Of a DNA stretch of 64,000 nt, positions 1-9,732 are shown in pieces. A program made the position numbers and the translations under genes. Source of the DNA: Longimicrobiales bacterium (GTDB lineage: Bacteria > Gemmatimonadota > Gemmatimonadetes > Longimicrobiales > Gaopeijiaceae); assembly GCA_965197725.1 (NCBI GenBank), contig CBDANQ010000058.1, positions 1 through 64,000 of the forward strand. Reading direction: 5' to 3'. Under the pieces are notes generated by a model. The model saw only the letters and a program-made list of their open reading frames with translations. It made no database searches and was not told the origin of the DNA. Each line of letters starts with the position of its first letter. The first letter of the stretch is position 1.

Positions 1-556
1 CCGGATGCCGTGAACCGACGTGATATTCACGATCTTGCCGTACTCCTGGGAGCGCATGAACGGGGAGACCGCACGGGTGAAGTAGAACGCACCGTCCAGA
101 TTCGTACGCAGGACAGCCTCCCACTCGTGGTCCTCCATGCGCCACAACGCTCGATCGCGACCGATGCCCGCGTTGTTGACCAGGATGTGCAGCCCGCCCA
201 GCTCCTCGCGCGCCTCCGCGACAAAAGAGCCCACGTCGCACGCCTCGCGCACGTCGCAAGAACGGAAGAAGACGCGGACTTCCATCTGGCGAAGTTCCCT
301 TGCGACTTCCTGCGAGTCGACGCGAGACTGAGCGCTCTCGTCGAGAAAACAGAAGCCGATGTGCACCCCGCAGCGGGCCAATTCGAGCACGACCGCACGG
401 CCGATCCCACTCGAGCCTCCTGTAACGATCGCGACCTGCCCACGGAGGTTTGTCCTCTCGAAGAGCCCCACTCGCTTGGGTCTCGGTGGTGGTGACTTCG
501 TCGAGCAGCGCCTCGACGGCGTCGCTGGCGGTCTCGGAGAGTCGCTGGTCTGCCAT
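1..556 (-). CDS. SDR family oxidoreductase (FabG-like), runs off the window start; 5' end uncertain
   Basis: Manual minus-strand translation gives GQVAIVTGGSSGIG...HILVNNAGI...GKIVNITS. In-frame GTG at 471; the ATG at 556 with an SD-like GGAAGG is out of frame, so a 5' frameshift is possible. Confidence 0.85.
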   Translation of the reverse strand, partial: MADQRLSETASDAVEALLDEVTTTETQASGALREDKPPWAGRDRYRRLEWDRPCGRARIGPLRGAHRLLFSRRERSVSRRLAGSRKGTSPDGSPRLLPFLRRARGVRRGLFCRGGARGAGRAAHPGQQRGHRSRSSVVAHGGPRVGGCPAYESGRCVLLHPCGLPVHALPGVRQDREYHVGSRHP

Positions 557-646
557 GTTTCTACTCTACCCCTTCCGGCACCTTAAGCCGATAGCCGAAG
601 CCTCGAACGCAACTCCATGGTGTCAGGGTCGCGACCTTTTCCGCGA

Positions 647-1149
647 TTAGACCGCGCGGCAGACGGCCCGTACCTCTCCCTCCGTCGGAGTGTGATCGGA
701 TTGCTTGGCGGCGTTGAAGATCCGCTTGCACAGGACCTCGTCGTTCGGGTCGTAGCCGTGCTCTCGGAGCCAGTACCTCACATCGGAGAGTCCCGACATG
801 GGACGGACCTCGATGAGCTGCTTGCGGCCGACCGTGGCGGGGGGGATACCCGAATAGACGCGGTCCGCCAGCCAGGTATCGCCCTTGGCTTTGGCCTTCA
901 CGATCGCTGCGGCATGCACGCCGGTACCGCTCTCGGCCCGGCGCCCGGCAGACCGATGTCCGCAGTGTCGATGCCGAGCTGATCCATCATGTGAAGGAGC
1001 CGGATCTTGTCCTCGATGGACGGATCGACGACCGCCGGGTTCTGAAGCCCGTCCCGCAGCGTCTCGTCGTCCAGCTCGACCCTCGCGGTCGACCAGTCGA
1101 AGGTCGGCTCTGATCGGTTCCAGTCGTTGATCAGTTCTCGTTCGTCCAT
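647..1149 (-). pseudogene. LeuA/homocitrate-synthase-family (DRE-TIM) gene with a large internal deletion
   Basis: N-terminus DETLRDGLQ...DIGLPGAGPRAV is joined out of frame at ~925 to the C-terminal GTGVHAAAIVKA...RVYSG segment; most of the TIM barrel is missing. Confidence 0.75.
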
Positions 1150-1356
1150 GCCCACCGGGGTGTTCGAATACCTGCGACTACGTTCACGAGAAACATAGGT
1201 ACGCTGGCCTGAGCAGCTACAGTCCCCGGTGCCGAGCGCCACAGCTCAGGCCCGCCGAGCGGCTTAGCGACCGCTGGCTCAATGGTCGTACCGGCGAAAG
1301 CTCGCCAAGTTGTCTTGCATTATGCCACTCCGCTGACGAAAGGCCGATAGCAAAGC

Positions 1357-2631
1357 ATGCAGCAGACGCTCGAACGGCTGTTGGAGGACCCCGGCGCTCA
1401 GGTCGCGGCCGCCCATGCGCGCTCGGCTGATGAGCGCACGCTCCACGATCAGGCCGATCTCTCCCGAATCCCCGCTCCACCCTTCGCGGAGGGGGAGCGA
1501 GCTCGGCGGATGGCCGAGCTGATGGCCGAGGCAGGCCTAGAGCAAGTACGTGGCGATGAGACCGGAAACGTGCTCGCGGACCTGCCGGGAAGTCGAGGTG
1601 GCGCGCCGCTGGTGATCTCGGCTCACCTCGACACGGTCTTCCCGGCCGAGGTGGACGTGACCGTCTCACGCGAGGGTCAGCTGCTGCGCGGACCTGGCAT
1701 TTCGGACGACGCCCGTGGTCTCGCAGTGCTGCTCGCCGTGGCTCGCTGCCTCAGAGAGGGAGGGATCCGGTGCACGACCCCGGTGCTCTTCGCCGCCACC
1801 GTCGGGGAGGAGGGCCTGGGAGACCTACGCGGGGTCAAGCACCTCTTTCACGAAGGGGAAGGCCGTCGGGCGGCTGGCTTCATTTCGGTGGACGGAGCCG
1901 GACTGGAGCGCCTCGTCGTGAGAGCGCTCGGCTCTCGTCGTCTTCGTATCACCGCCCACGGCCCCGGTGGCCACTCGTGGATCGACTGGGGTCTGGTCAA
2001 CCCGATCCACGCGCTGGCAAAAGCGGTCTCCCGGCTCACCGAGCTCGACCTACCCGCAAACCCGACAACGACGCTCACCGTCGCCCGCTGGGGCGGCGGC
2101 AGGAGCATCAACGCGATCCCGCAGGACGCATGGATCGAGGTCGATACGAGGTCCGAGTCGGACGATCATCTGGCGGACCTGGAACGGAGGATTCGTGACG
2201 CGATTCGCTTGGCCTGCGCCGCCGGGGGCGGCACCGGCGGGCCCCCTCGACACGACGGTCGATGTTCTAGGGCACCGTCCCGGCGGGCGGACGCCCTCCG
2301 ACGCCCCCCTCCTGCGCGCCGCCGTCGCGGCAACCCGTCACCTGGGAGCCGAACCGTTGCTCACGGCGTCCTCCACGGACGCCAACGTACCGATGTCGCT
2401 CGGAATACCGGCGGTCACGGTCGGGGGGGGTGGGGAAGCGGGGCAGGCCCACACCACGGAAGAGTGGTACCGGAACGTCCGGGGTGTGGAGGGGTGCAGC
2501 GCGCGTTGTATACCGTGTTGCTCGCCGCGGGCGCCGGGAATAAGCGACTCAGGCGCCACCATCGACGACGGAGTGATCGGTCACCAGCAAGGATCCGACG
2601 GCGTCGCGAACCGTTGAGTGCCCCCCGATGA
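1357..2631 (+). CDS. M20/M25/M40 family metallopeptidase with two compensating frameshifts
   Basis: SAHLDTVF, GISDD, GEEGLGD and GGHSW motifs. C-terminal STDANVPM...AHTTEEWY lies in another frame (~2240-2490), then the original frame resumes (QRALYTVLL). Confidence 0.8.
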   Translation: MQQTLERLLEDPGAQVAAAHARSADERTLHDQADLSRIPAPPFAEGERARRMAELMAEAGLEQVRGDETGNVLADLPGSRGGAPLVISAHLDTVFPAEVDVTVSREGQLLRGPGISDDARGLAVLLAVARCLREGGIRCTTPVLFAATVGEEGLGDLRGVKHLFHEGEGRRAAGFISVDGAGLERLVVRALGSRRLRITAHGPGGHSWIDWGLVNPIHALAKAVSRLTELDLPANPTTTLTVARWGGGRSINAIPQDAWIEVDTRSESDDHLADLERRIRDAIRLACAAGGGTGGPPRHDGRCSRAPSRRADALRRPPPARRRRGNPSPGSRTVAHGVLHGRQRTDVARNTGGHGRGGWGSGAGPHHGRVVPERPGCGGVQRALYTVLLAAGAGNKRLRRHHRRRSDRSPARIRRRREPLSAPR

Positions 2632-3551
2632 TCGACTGACGAAGCCGTGACCGCTCCAGCTTCGCGTTCGGCCCCACGACCGAGTGTTCGAGCTCGCAGT
2701 TGAACGCGCTCGTGCCGGACTCGAGCGTAACGTTCGGTCCGATGCGGCCATCCCTGACCACAGCGCCCGCTTCGATGCGCACCGGCTCCTGGATCTGGGC
2801 GCCCTCGACCGTGGCCGCCGGGTCCACGCCCCGCGACCCGGTCCGCAACAGGTGCTCGTTGGTCTCGAGCAGCGTCTCGGGCTTGCCAGCGTCCCACCAC
2901 CCCTCGACGGGAGCAGGGAGCACGCGGGAACCTTGATCGACCATGTACTGGAAAGCGTCCGTGAGGTAGAACTCGCCCGCCTTGCCAGGATCGCAGCTCA
3001 TGGTGTGGCGGACCCCGTCGAAGAGCAGCGCGTGATCCCGGATGTAGTAGAGCCCGATATTGGCGAGCTTCGAGATCGGTTCGGACGGCTTCTCGATGAT
3101 GCGGGCCATGTTGCCCGCGTCGTCGGTTACAATCACGCCGTAGCGTTGGTAGTCTTCGACTTCCATCGCCCAGATCACTCCGCCGTACCCGGGATCCAGG
3201 TCTCGGATCAATCCGTAGTCGACCTCGATCACGGCGTCAGCGAATACGATCAGGACTTCTTCGTCGATGTACGGTTCAGCCAGAGCCACCGCGCCGGCCG
3301 TGCCGTCCTGGACGTCCTGCAGGACGTAGTGCGCACGCAAATCGGGATATTGCTCCGAGATCCAGGCTTCGACCGTGTCGCGTAGGTACCCCACGATGAA
3401 GACCATCTCTTCGACCCCGAGCTCCACCAGGTCGTCGAGGATGAAGCTCAGCACGGGTTTTCCCGCAACCTTCACCAGAGGCTTGGGGGTACTGAGCGTA
3501 AGAGGCCGGAGGCGCGTGCCCTTCCCGGCCAGGGGGATGACGGGCTTTCAT
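2549..3551 (-). CDS. Sugar-phosphate nucleotidyltransferase with C-terminal hexapeptide repeats; +1 frameshift near the start
   Basis: Removing one C at ~3543 gives MKAVIPLAGKGTRLRPLTLSTPKPL; also EKP, GEFYLTDA and WWDAG motifs. Confidence 0.85.
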
Positions 3552-3713
3552 CGTGTCCGGGCATAGCGAGGTCGGTTCAACAGCGCCACACTATAAGGCG
3601 TGCAGAGCCGGCGTAGTAGGCCTCACGGCTGGGTGTGTCGCGATGAGCCTTCCAAGGGACTGAATCGTGATGGTGACGCGAAAAATCGTTTCAACAGCCG
3701 TGATGCTGACCGC

Positions 3714-4157
3714 GTGCGCGCCGGCTTGAGCGGACTCTTGAGAGGTTTCACCCAGAATCGGGCCCACACAGACCCAGCGTCCGAGGACCGTCGCCTCAGG
3801 GGGCGCACCTACACGATTCCGTTCGACAGGGTGTGGACCGAGTCGGTGCACGTCGCTCATGAACGGATGCGGGGTTGGACCGTCACCGTCGAGGACGACG
3901 GGCTAGGGGTGCTGGAAGCCGAATCGGCCACACTGGTCTGGCGTTTCGTAGACGACGTCCACATTTCCGTCGGGCTGGACGAGGACGGTCAGACGCGGGT
4001 CGACGTCGCCTCCGCGTCGCGAGTGCGACGGGGAGACCTCGGCCGGAATCCACGGACGATCGCGCGATTTCTGCGCATGCTCGATCGGGCCCTCGACGTG
4101 CAAGCCGGGCAGATCCTGGACCCGACGCTCACCCCGGACCGGGGGGAGGCGACATGA
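3714..4157 (+). CDS. DUF1499-like protein
   Basis: LVWRFVDDV...RVDVASASRVRRGDLGRN matches the F-x-DD / SR-x-G-x-x-DLG-x-N pattern; start codon uncertain. Confidence 0.7.
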   Translation: MRAGLSGLLRGFTQNRAHTDPASEDRRLRGRTYTIPFDRVWTESVHVAHERMRGWTVTVEDDGLGVLEAESATLVWRFVDDVHISVGLDEDGQTRVDVASASRVRRGDLGRNPRTIARFLRMLDRALDVQAGQILDPTLTPDRGEAT

Positions 4158-5113
4158 GCCCTAGCAGCCCGGCTGCTAAGGTCGCGGCGATCCTTCTCAC
4201 GTGCGCCAGCTTCGCCTGCACCGAGCCGGCGCCCGAGGTCTTCGTGGAGTTCCCAGGCGCGGCTCCGAGCAACGCATCCCGTACCTTCCCAGGCCGGTCG
4301 TACGAACGGAACTTCGTGTTCGCGACGGTCACCGGGGACAGCCTCCTCATGGTCCCGTGGCTCTTCGAAACGACGACGCAGCCGGGAACCGTCGTGCGCG
4401 AGGCGCGGGGCTGGCTGGACCGAAGCGGCACGTGGGACGCGTTTTTCGCGGAGCGGTGGGAAACCCCACCCACGCGGATACCCGCTCGCATCCTCCCGCA
4501 CGGCAGCCTGAGGCTCGTTGTGCGGGAGGGCAACGCAGTGGACGGAATCATCTACGACGAAGGAAGCCGGAACCTGGAGCTCGCGCTGGGAAGCGTGCTG
4601 ATGGAGTGGGGTGGGCCCCGTGGAGAGGTGTTTCAACTGCTCGACGGTTCGCTCTATCTATCGGAGCGGCGGCTCGGTGGGATCGTACTCGACATGGCGC
4701 GCGGTTCCTCAGCCGACACCCCGCGTGCGGGCGATTGGGCGTTCCTGGCCTCCGGCGACTCCCTGCAGCTCGTGCTGCAGGGTGAAAGTGAACACCAGGG
4801 TGAGCCGCTGCCCACATACCGGGGTTGGGGGCGGCTCGACTTCAGGGACCTGCAGTGGAGCACCCTGAATGTGGACTGGGTGGAGACGAGTGCCTTTCAA
4901 CCCGCACGGCGCGATGTACCCGTCTCCTGGACCATTTCCTCACCGGAAGGCCACCTTCAGGGCGTGCTCGAAGTGAGCTCGGCAGATGTGCGCGCCGGGC
5001 AAGGTGGCGGTCCGGTGCTCCCGGTGCAGGCTCTGTTCGAGGTAGAAGGCACCGTGACCATCGAAGAGAGGACGTTCCCTATACGTGGTCTTTTCAGGCA
5101 CGAACGGCGCTAG
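4154..5113 (+). CDS. Hypothetical secreted/lipoprotein, beta-rich
   Basis: ATG overlaps the upstream TGA, GGAGG SD; hydrophobic N-terminus with SFAC lipobox-like Cys. Confidence 0.65.
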   Translation: MSPSSPAAKVAAILLTCASFACTEPAPEVFVEFPGAAPSNASRTFPGRSYERNFVFATVTGDSLLMVPWLFETTTQPGTVVREARGWLDRSGTWDAFFAERWETPPTRIPARILPHGSLRLVVREGNAVDGIIYDEGSRNLELALGSVLMEWGGPRGEVFQLLDGSLYLSERRLGGIVLDMARGSSADTPRAGDWAFLASGDSLQLVLQGESEHQGEPLPTYRGWGRLDFRDLQWSTLNVDWVETSAFQPARRDVPVSWTISSPEGHLQGVLEVSSADVRAGQGGGPVLPVQALFEVEGTVTIEERTFPIRGLFRHERR

Positions 5114-5150
5114 TGGACTTCGCCACCCATTCTCCAGAGACGGTCCGCTC

Positions 5151-6722
5151 TTGAACGAACAACTCATCAAGGCCGCGCTATACATCTCGGCCGGTGCGCT
5201 GTCAGGCGGGCTCACGAACAAAGTCGCGATCTGGATGCTCTTTCACCCGTATGAGCCACCGAAGCTGCTGGGTCGTTGGCGGGTGCTCCTGTTCCAGGGC
5301 GCGATCCCCAAGAACCAGCCGCGCCTAGCGGCCGCGATCGGCAAGACCGTGGGCGATCGGCTTCTGACGGCCGAGGACCTGACCCAGTCGTTCACGGACG
5401 AGACCTTCCGCAAGGCCTTCGACGACCGCTTGGCCGAGTTCCTCGATGGGGTCCTCAACACCGAGCGCGCAGCCCTGCGTGATTTGATCCCAGAGCGGGT
5501 CATGCCCGACATCGAGGTGCTGCTCGATGAGGGAATCGACAAGGCGCTGACACAGCTCGACCAGTACCTCGAATCCGAACGTTTCGCGGAGTCGATGCAG
5601 CGACGCGCCGGTGACCTCGTCGAAGCGATCAAGGACGAACCGATCGGAAGTTTGATCACTTCTGCCAGGGGTGCGGCGATGGAGTCAGCCGTCGAGGAGT
5701 GGCTCCACAATGCGGTCGACAGCGAGGACTTCAAGGCGGCGATCGAGGACTACCTCGACCGGGCGGCACGGCGCCTGCTCGAGCCGGGCCGTACCTTCGA
5801 AGAGATCCTCCCGCCCGGTCTAATCGGGACGGTGGAGAAGGCGATCGCGGGCTATTTGCCGCTCGCGGCGCAGCGGCTGGGTCGCCTGCTCGAGGACGAC
5901 ACCGCGCGCGCGCGCTTCGAATCCACTCTACACGACCTGCTCCATCGCTTCCTGAGCGACCTCAAGTTCCATCAGCGGGTCGTCGCTCGCCTCGTGATGA
6001 CGGAGGACACTGTCGACAAGGTGCTCGACACCATCGAGGCGGAGGGCGCGGAGCGGCTCTCGGAGATCCTACGAGACAGTGCGGTGCAGGACGCCATGGG
6101 CCGTGGGGTCAACGAGGCGATCGTGGACTTCCTCCGACGCCCGGTGTCCGACGTGCTCGGTGAGCCGGACGACCCGAGCGTGATCGAGGCACGCGCTACG
6201 CTGACTGGATGGATCGTCGGCATGGCACGCGACCCTGGAGCGAGAGAGTTCCTTGTCGAGAAACTCCACAAGGGCTTGGAGAAGGCCGGCGACCGCACGT
6301 GGGGCGAGGTGCTCGAACGCGTTCCACCGGAGCGCATCTCCGAAACGCTGGTTTCCGCCGCACGCTCAGAGGCCGTACGGACCGCACTGGGCGATGGCAT
6401 CCGAAAGCTCGCTCGTGGCCTGCTGGATCGCCCGATCGGGACCCCGGCACGATGGCTGCCGGAAGACGGGTCGGCGCGGCTGGAGGCCGCCCTAAGTGAC
6501 CCGATCTGGGATTGGCTAGAGACCCAGGTCCCGGCGGTGGTCGCGCAGATCGACGTGTCACGACGTGTGGAAGAGAAGGTCCTGAACTTTCCGGTGTCTC
6601 GCATGGAAGAGATCGTGCGAAACGTGACGGACCGCGAGCTGAGGTTGATCGTTCGGCTCGGCTACGTGCTGGGCGCCTTCATCGGTGTGGTCCTGACCGT
6701 GCTGGACGCGGTGTGGCGGTAA
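5151..6722 (+). CDS. DUF445 family membrane-anchored protein
   Basis: GGLTNKVAIWMLFHPY, QGAIPKNQPRLA and C-terminal ELRLIVRLGYVLGAFIG. Confidence 0.85.
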   Translation: MNEQLIKAALYISAGALSGGLTNKVAIWMLFHPYEPPKLLGRWRVLLFQGAIPKNQPRLAAAIGKTVGDRLLTAEDLTQSFTDETFRKAFDDRLAEFLDGVLNTERAALRDLIPERVMPDIEVLLDEGIDKALTQLDQYLESERFAESMQRRAGDLVEAIKDEPIGSLITSARGAAMESAVEEWLHNAVDSEDFKAAIEDYLDRAARRLLEPGRTFEEILPPGLIGTVEKAIAGYLPLAAQRLGRLLEDDTARARFESTLHDLLHRFLSDLKFHQRVVARLVMTEDTVDKVLDTIEAEGAERLSEILRDSAVQDAMGRGVNEAIVDFLRRPVSDVLGEPDDPSVIEARATLTGWIVGMARDPGAREFLVEKLHKGLEKAGDRTWGEVLERVPPERISETLVSAARSEAVRTALGDGIRKLARGLLDRPIGTPARWLPEDGSARLEAALSDPIWDWLETQVPAVVAQIDVSRRVEEKVLNFPVSRMEEIVRNVTDRELRLIVRLGYVLGAFIGVVLTVLDAVWR

Positions 6723-6748
6723 CGGATGGACCACTCTACCGCGCCGGC

Positions 6749-6994
6749 TCAGCGGTCCTCCGGACCCTCCACGTTGAACCCGCGGCCCCTGCGCGTGCTG
6801 CGGACCCTGGGCTGACGATGCAGCCAGGCAACCGGCGAGAGGGACCGCTTTGCCCTTCTCGGCCGCCCGCTCCCACCACGCTCCATCACGTCCTCGATGT
6901 CCTCGATCCGCTGTGAATAGCGGCCTGGTAGGCCAAGCCACACGCCAAGAGCGAGTGCAAACAAGGCGCCGAGGATCTTGAGCGTGAGAATCAA
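6749..6994 (-). CDS. Small single-pass membrane protein with basic tail
   Basis: TTG start 1 nt after the upstream stop; hydrophobic ILGALFALALGVWLGLPG followed by an Arg-rich tail. Confidence 0.55.
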   Translation of the reverse strand: MILTLKILGALFALALGVWLGLPGRYSQRIEDIEDVMERGGSGRPRRAKRSLSPVAWLHRQPRVRSTRRGRGFNVEGPEDR

Positions 6995-6995
6995 C

Positions 6996-7145
6996 TCATC
7001 GCTTCGTAGCCGTCTCGAACACCAGAAGTCCGAGGCCGATCGCAAGAATGATCGCAACCACGTTCGTACCCACCGCGACTAGGGCGACCACCGCCCAAAA
7101 CACCGCATGAGTGAAAATGTACCCGCCGGGAACCAGATCGTGCAT
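6996..7145 (-). CDS. 49-aa hydrophobic membrane protein (below the ORF-track cutoff)
   Basis: MHDLVPGGYIFTHAVFWAVVALVAVGTNVVAIILAIGLGLLVFETATKR; AAGGGA SD; fills the gap between co-oriented genes. Confidence 0.6.
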   Translation of the reverse strand: MHDLVPGGYIFTHAVFWAVVALVAVGTNVVAIILAIGLGLLVFETATKR

Positions 7146-7192
7146 CGCTCGGGCTTCCCTTAGAAGTGGAGTGGCTCAGGAATATGTGCAGG

Positions 7193-7678
7193 CTAGTCCA
7201 TCACGTCCATCGAATTCGGACGCTCGGATTCGCCCGCCCGCTTGCGGGCTTCGGCCAGATATCCCGGCTCGAGTCGCAGCAGGTTGCAGATCTTGCGCAT
7301 CAGGTAGTCTTCCTTTTCAGCGAGATCGCCGTCGGAGTAAACCAGCCCCCACATGATCTCAGCCAAGACCATCTTCTGACCGAGTGAGTAATTCTCGGCG
7401 ATCAAGTTCGTGAACTGCCACAGATCGATCGCTTCGTCGCGTGCTTCGTGCGCGAGCTCGAGCAGTTTATCCGCCTCTGCCTGGCCGAGGCCGTACTGAC
7501 GCCGAATGGCCGACTCGAGGTGCTGGCGCTCGTCGTCGGTGAACTCGTTATCGGCCTGTGCCAGCTCGATCAGGAGTGCACACGCCGCGAGTCGGATGTC
7601 TGGCGCACTCTCCGCCTTGTCCGCGTCCGGTGACGGGCTCATCGACGACTTGAAGAAGTTCTTTATGGACTCGAGCAC
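7193..7678 (-). CDS. TerB family protein
   Basis: LAACALLIELAQAD, DLWQFTNLI and YSDGDLAEKEDYLMRKICNLL. Confidence 0.8.
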   Translation of the reverse strand: MLESIKNFFKSSMSPSPDADKAESAPDIRLAACALLIELAQADNEFTDDERQHLESAIRRQYGLGQAEADKLLELAHEARDEAIDLWQFTNLIAENYSLGQKMVLAEIMWGLVYSDGDLAEKEDYLMRKICNLLRLEPGYLAEARKRAGESERPNSMDVMD

Positions 7679-7693
7679 AGATGAATCTCCGAT

Positions 7694-8942
7694 TCAGAAG
7701 TCGATCGAGCGCACCCTGCGCACGCCAGCCCGAAGAGGGAGCCAGGTCGCCAGAACCGTAAGCAGGAACGCTCCACTCACGCCGAGAACCAGCGGGATCG
7801 AACTCACCTGAGCCGAGCCACCCGGGAAGCGGGACTGCAGGAAAAGATACACCGGCCAGGCCTCGAGGCAGCACGGTGATGTTGTAGACGTACACCGCGA
7901 CCAGGACGCCGAGCAAGATCAGCTGGGACCACTGTGTCGTGTCCCGAAAGAAGACCCGAATCTCCTTCGAGACCAATACACGCGTGCTTAGCCGCGCACG
8001 CCTCAACAGCCGGTCGACGACCAGCGAGCGAACGCGGCTTCCCCTGCGCTCGGCGCCCTCCTGTGCCCGCGTGAAGCCGGCTTCGAAGTAGTGCCCGTGA
8101 AGCCATCCGCCCAAGACCAGGAAGGCGGCGGCCGTGCTCCACAGGAAGAGGAACGGGAACAAGTCGAAGAAGCCATTCAGGTAGGACATGAGCGTGTTCG
8201 CCGCCCACTCACTCGGAAGCCAGACTGAGGTGGGCGCGCGCAAGACCGCGACGAAGTCGACGAGGTCCTGGAACTCCTCGGGACGCATCAGGCGCTCGGG
8301 CCGTAGGAAGCGAAAGAGCGCGACAACGCCTGCGACGGCAAACAGACCGACCAACGCAAGTAGGTCTCGCGTGCGCCGCGCCGGAAACACGTTCACAAGG
8401 ACCAGCGTGAGGGCGCTCCCGATCACCGCGGGCACGATGAGGAACGGCAGCAGCGTCCCGCTCGTAAGCACGTAGTACTTCCAGTCCGCGGCGTACGCCA
8501 CGCCGTACGCGCTCAGAAGCGGCACCGCGAGCAGCGCAACCATCCAGGACGAGTCCACCACCGTTTCGATGAGACGCGCCGCGTATACTTTCTCCGGCTC
8601 CACAGGGGCCGCGACGACGAGCTCGAGGTCGTCCGAGAGGAAGAACGTAGAGAGAGCGGTGATCACGTTCGAGAGCACTAGGATCATCAGGAATGTGACG
8701 AACGCGAGCCCGAGCAGCTTGCTAGCGAGCAGATCGCCGATCCCCTGCGTGCCCCGGAAGTAGAGCAGCATCCGGAAGATGACAGCGAAGATCAGCGACC
8801 AGAAGAAGATCCCTACCAAGCCGAGCAGCAGACCCTTGAAGAGCCGACCCTCAGACGTGCGGGCGCGATTGATCTTCGTGCGGATCTTCGGGCCCAGCAG
8901 CAGGAGAACGCCCGGGCTCCTTCGAAGCGCGGCTCCGTTCAC
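7694..8942 (-). pseudogene. Putative ABC exporter permease with internal deletion/frameshift at ~7868
   Basis: Multi-TM protein with KEIRVFFRDTTQWSQL; the C-terminus LEAWPVYLFLQ...RVRSIDF* is in another frame directly after ITVLP. Confidence 0.7.
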
Positions 8943-9709
8943 GGCTGGAGCGCCTCGCGCAGGCTCTCGATGACGTCCGCCATGGCCTCGCCGCCCGTCA
9001 CCTTGAGGAAGATCTCTTCCAGGTGCGCGCCCCCGGCCTCCGCCTGGGAGCGAAGCTCGTCCATCGTGCCTAGCGCGATGATCTCACCTTCGGCGATGAT
9101 CGCGATCCGGTCACAGAGAACCTCGGCCACTTCCATCGTGTGCGTGGAAAGGAAGACCGTTCCGCCACTGTCGACGAATGTGTGGAAGAGATCCTTGAGT
9201 AGCCGAGCCGAGCGCGGGTCGAGTCCGACCATCGGCTCGTCCACCACGATGAGTGCGGGCTGGTGGATGAGCGCCGAGCTGATGAGGATCTTCTGGCGCA
9301 TGCCGTGTGAGTAGCTCTCGATGAGCTCGTCCTTCCACTCTGTCAGTTGGAAGAGCTCCAACAGGCGGTCGGCTCGCTGCTCGACCGCGTCACCCCCTCG
9401 GCCCCACAGCCCCGCGACGAAACGCAAGAATTCGCCGCCGGACAGCTTCTCGTAGAGGAACGGCCGGTCGGGGATGTATCCGATGCGCGCCTTCGCCGAC
9501 TCCGGCTTCTTCTCCAGGTCGTCCCCGCCCACCAAGACCTGTCCAGCAGAGGGACGGAGAACCCCAGCCACCATGCGGATCGTCGTGGTCTTCCCCGCCC
9601 CGTTGGGCCCCAGGAAGCCGAAGATCTCACCGCGGTGGACGTCCAGGTCCAGCCCCATCACGGCGGCAAAACTGCCGTAGCTCTTCTTCACGCCCCGAAG
9701 CTGCAGCAT
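8939..9709 (-). CDS. ABC transporter ATP-binding protein
   Basis: Walker A GPNGAGKTT, signature YSHGMRQK, Walker B IVVDEP, H-loop STH. Confidence 0.95.
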   Translation of the reverse strand: MLQLRGVKKSYGSFAAVMGLDLDVHRGEIFGFLGPNGAGKTTTIRMVAGVLRPSAGQVLVGGDDLEKKPESAKARIGYIPDRPFLYEKLSGGEFLRFVAGLWGRGGDAVEQRADRLLELFQLTEWKDELIESYSHGMRQKILISSALIHQPALIVVDEPMVGLDPRSARLLKDLFHTFVDSGGTVFLSTHTMEVAEVLCDRIAIIAEGEIIALGTMDELRSQAEAGGAHLEEIFLKVTGGEAMADVIESLREALQP

Positions 9710-9732
9710 CTCGCTGGAACGGGAACGGGCGA

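Noticed and set aside
10..495. Plus-strand 161-aa ORF and similar long ORFs (20091-21170, 47419-48309, 48995-50209, 55200-56378, 60933-61865)
   Set aside because: Antisense shadows of recognisable genes in high-GC DNA.
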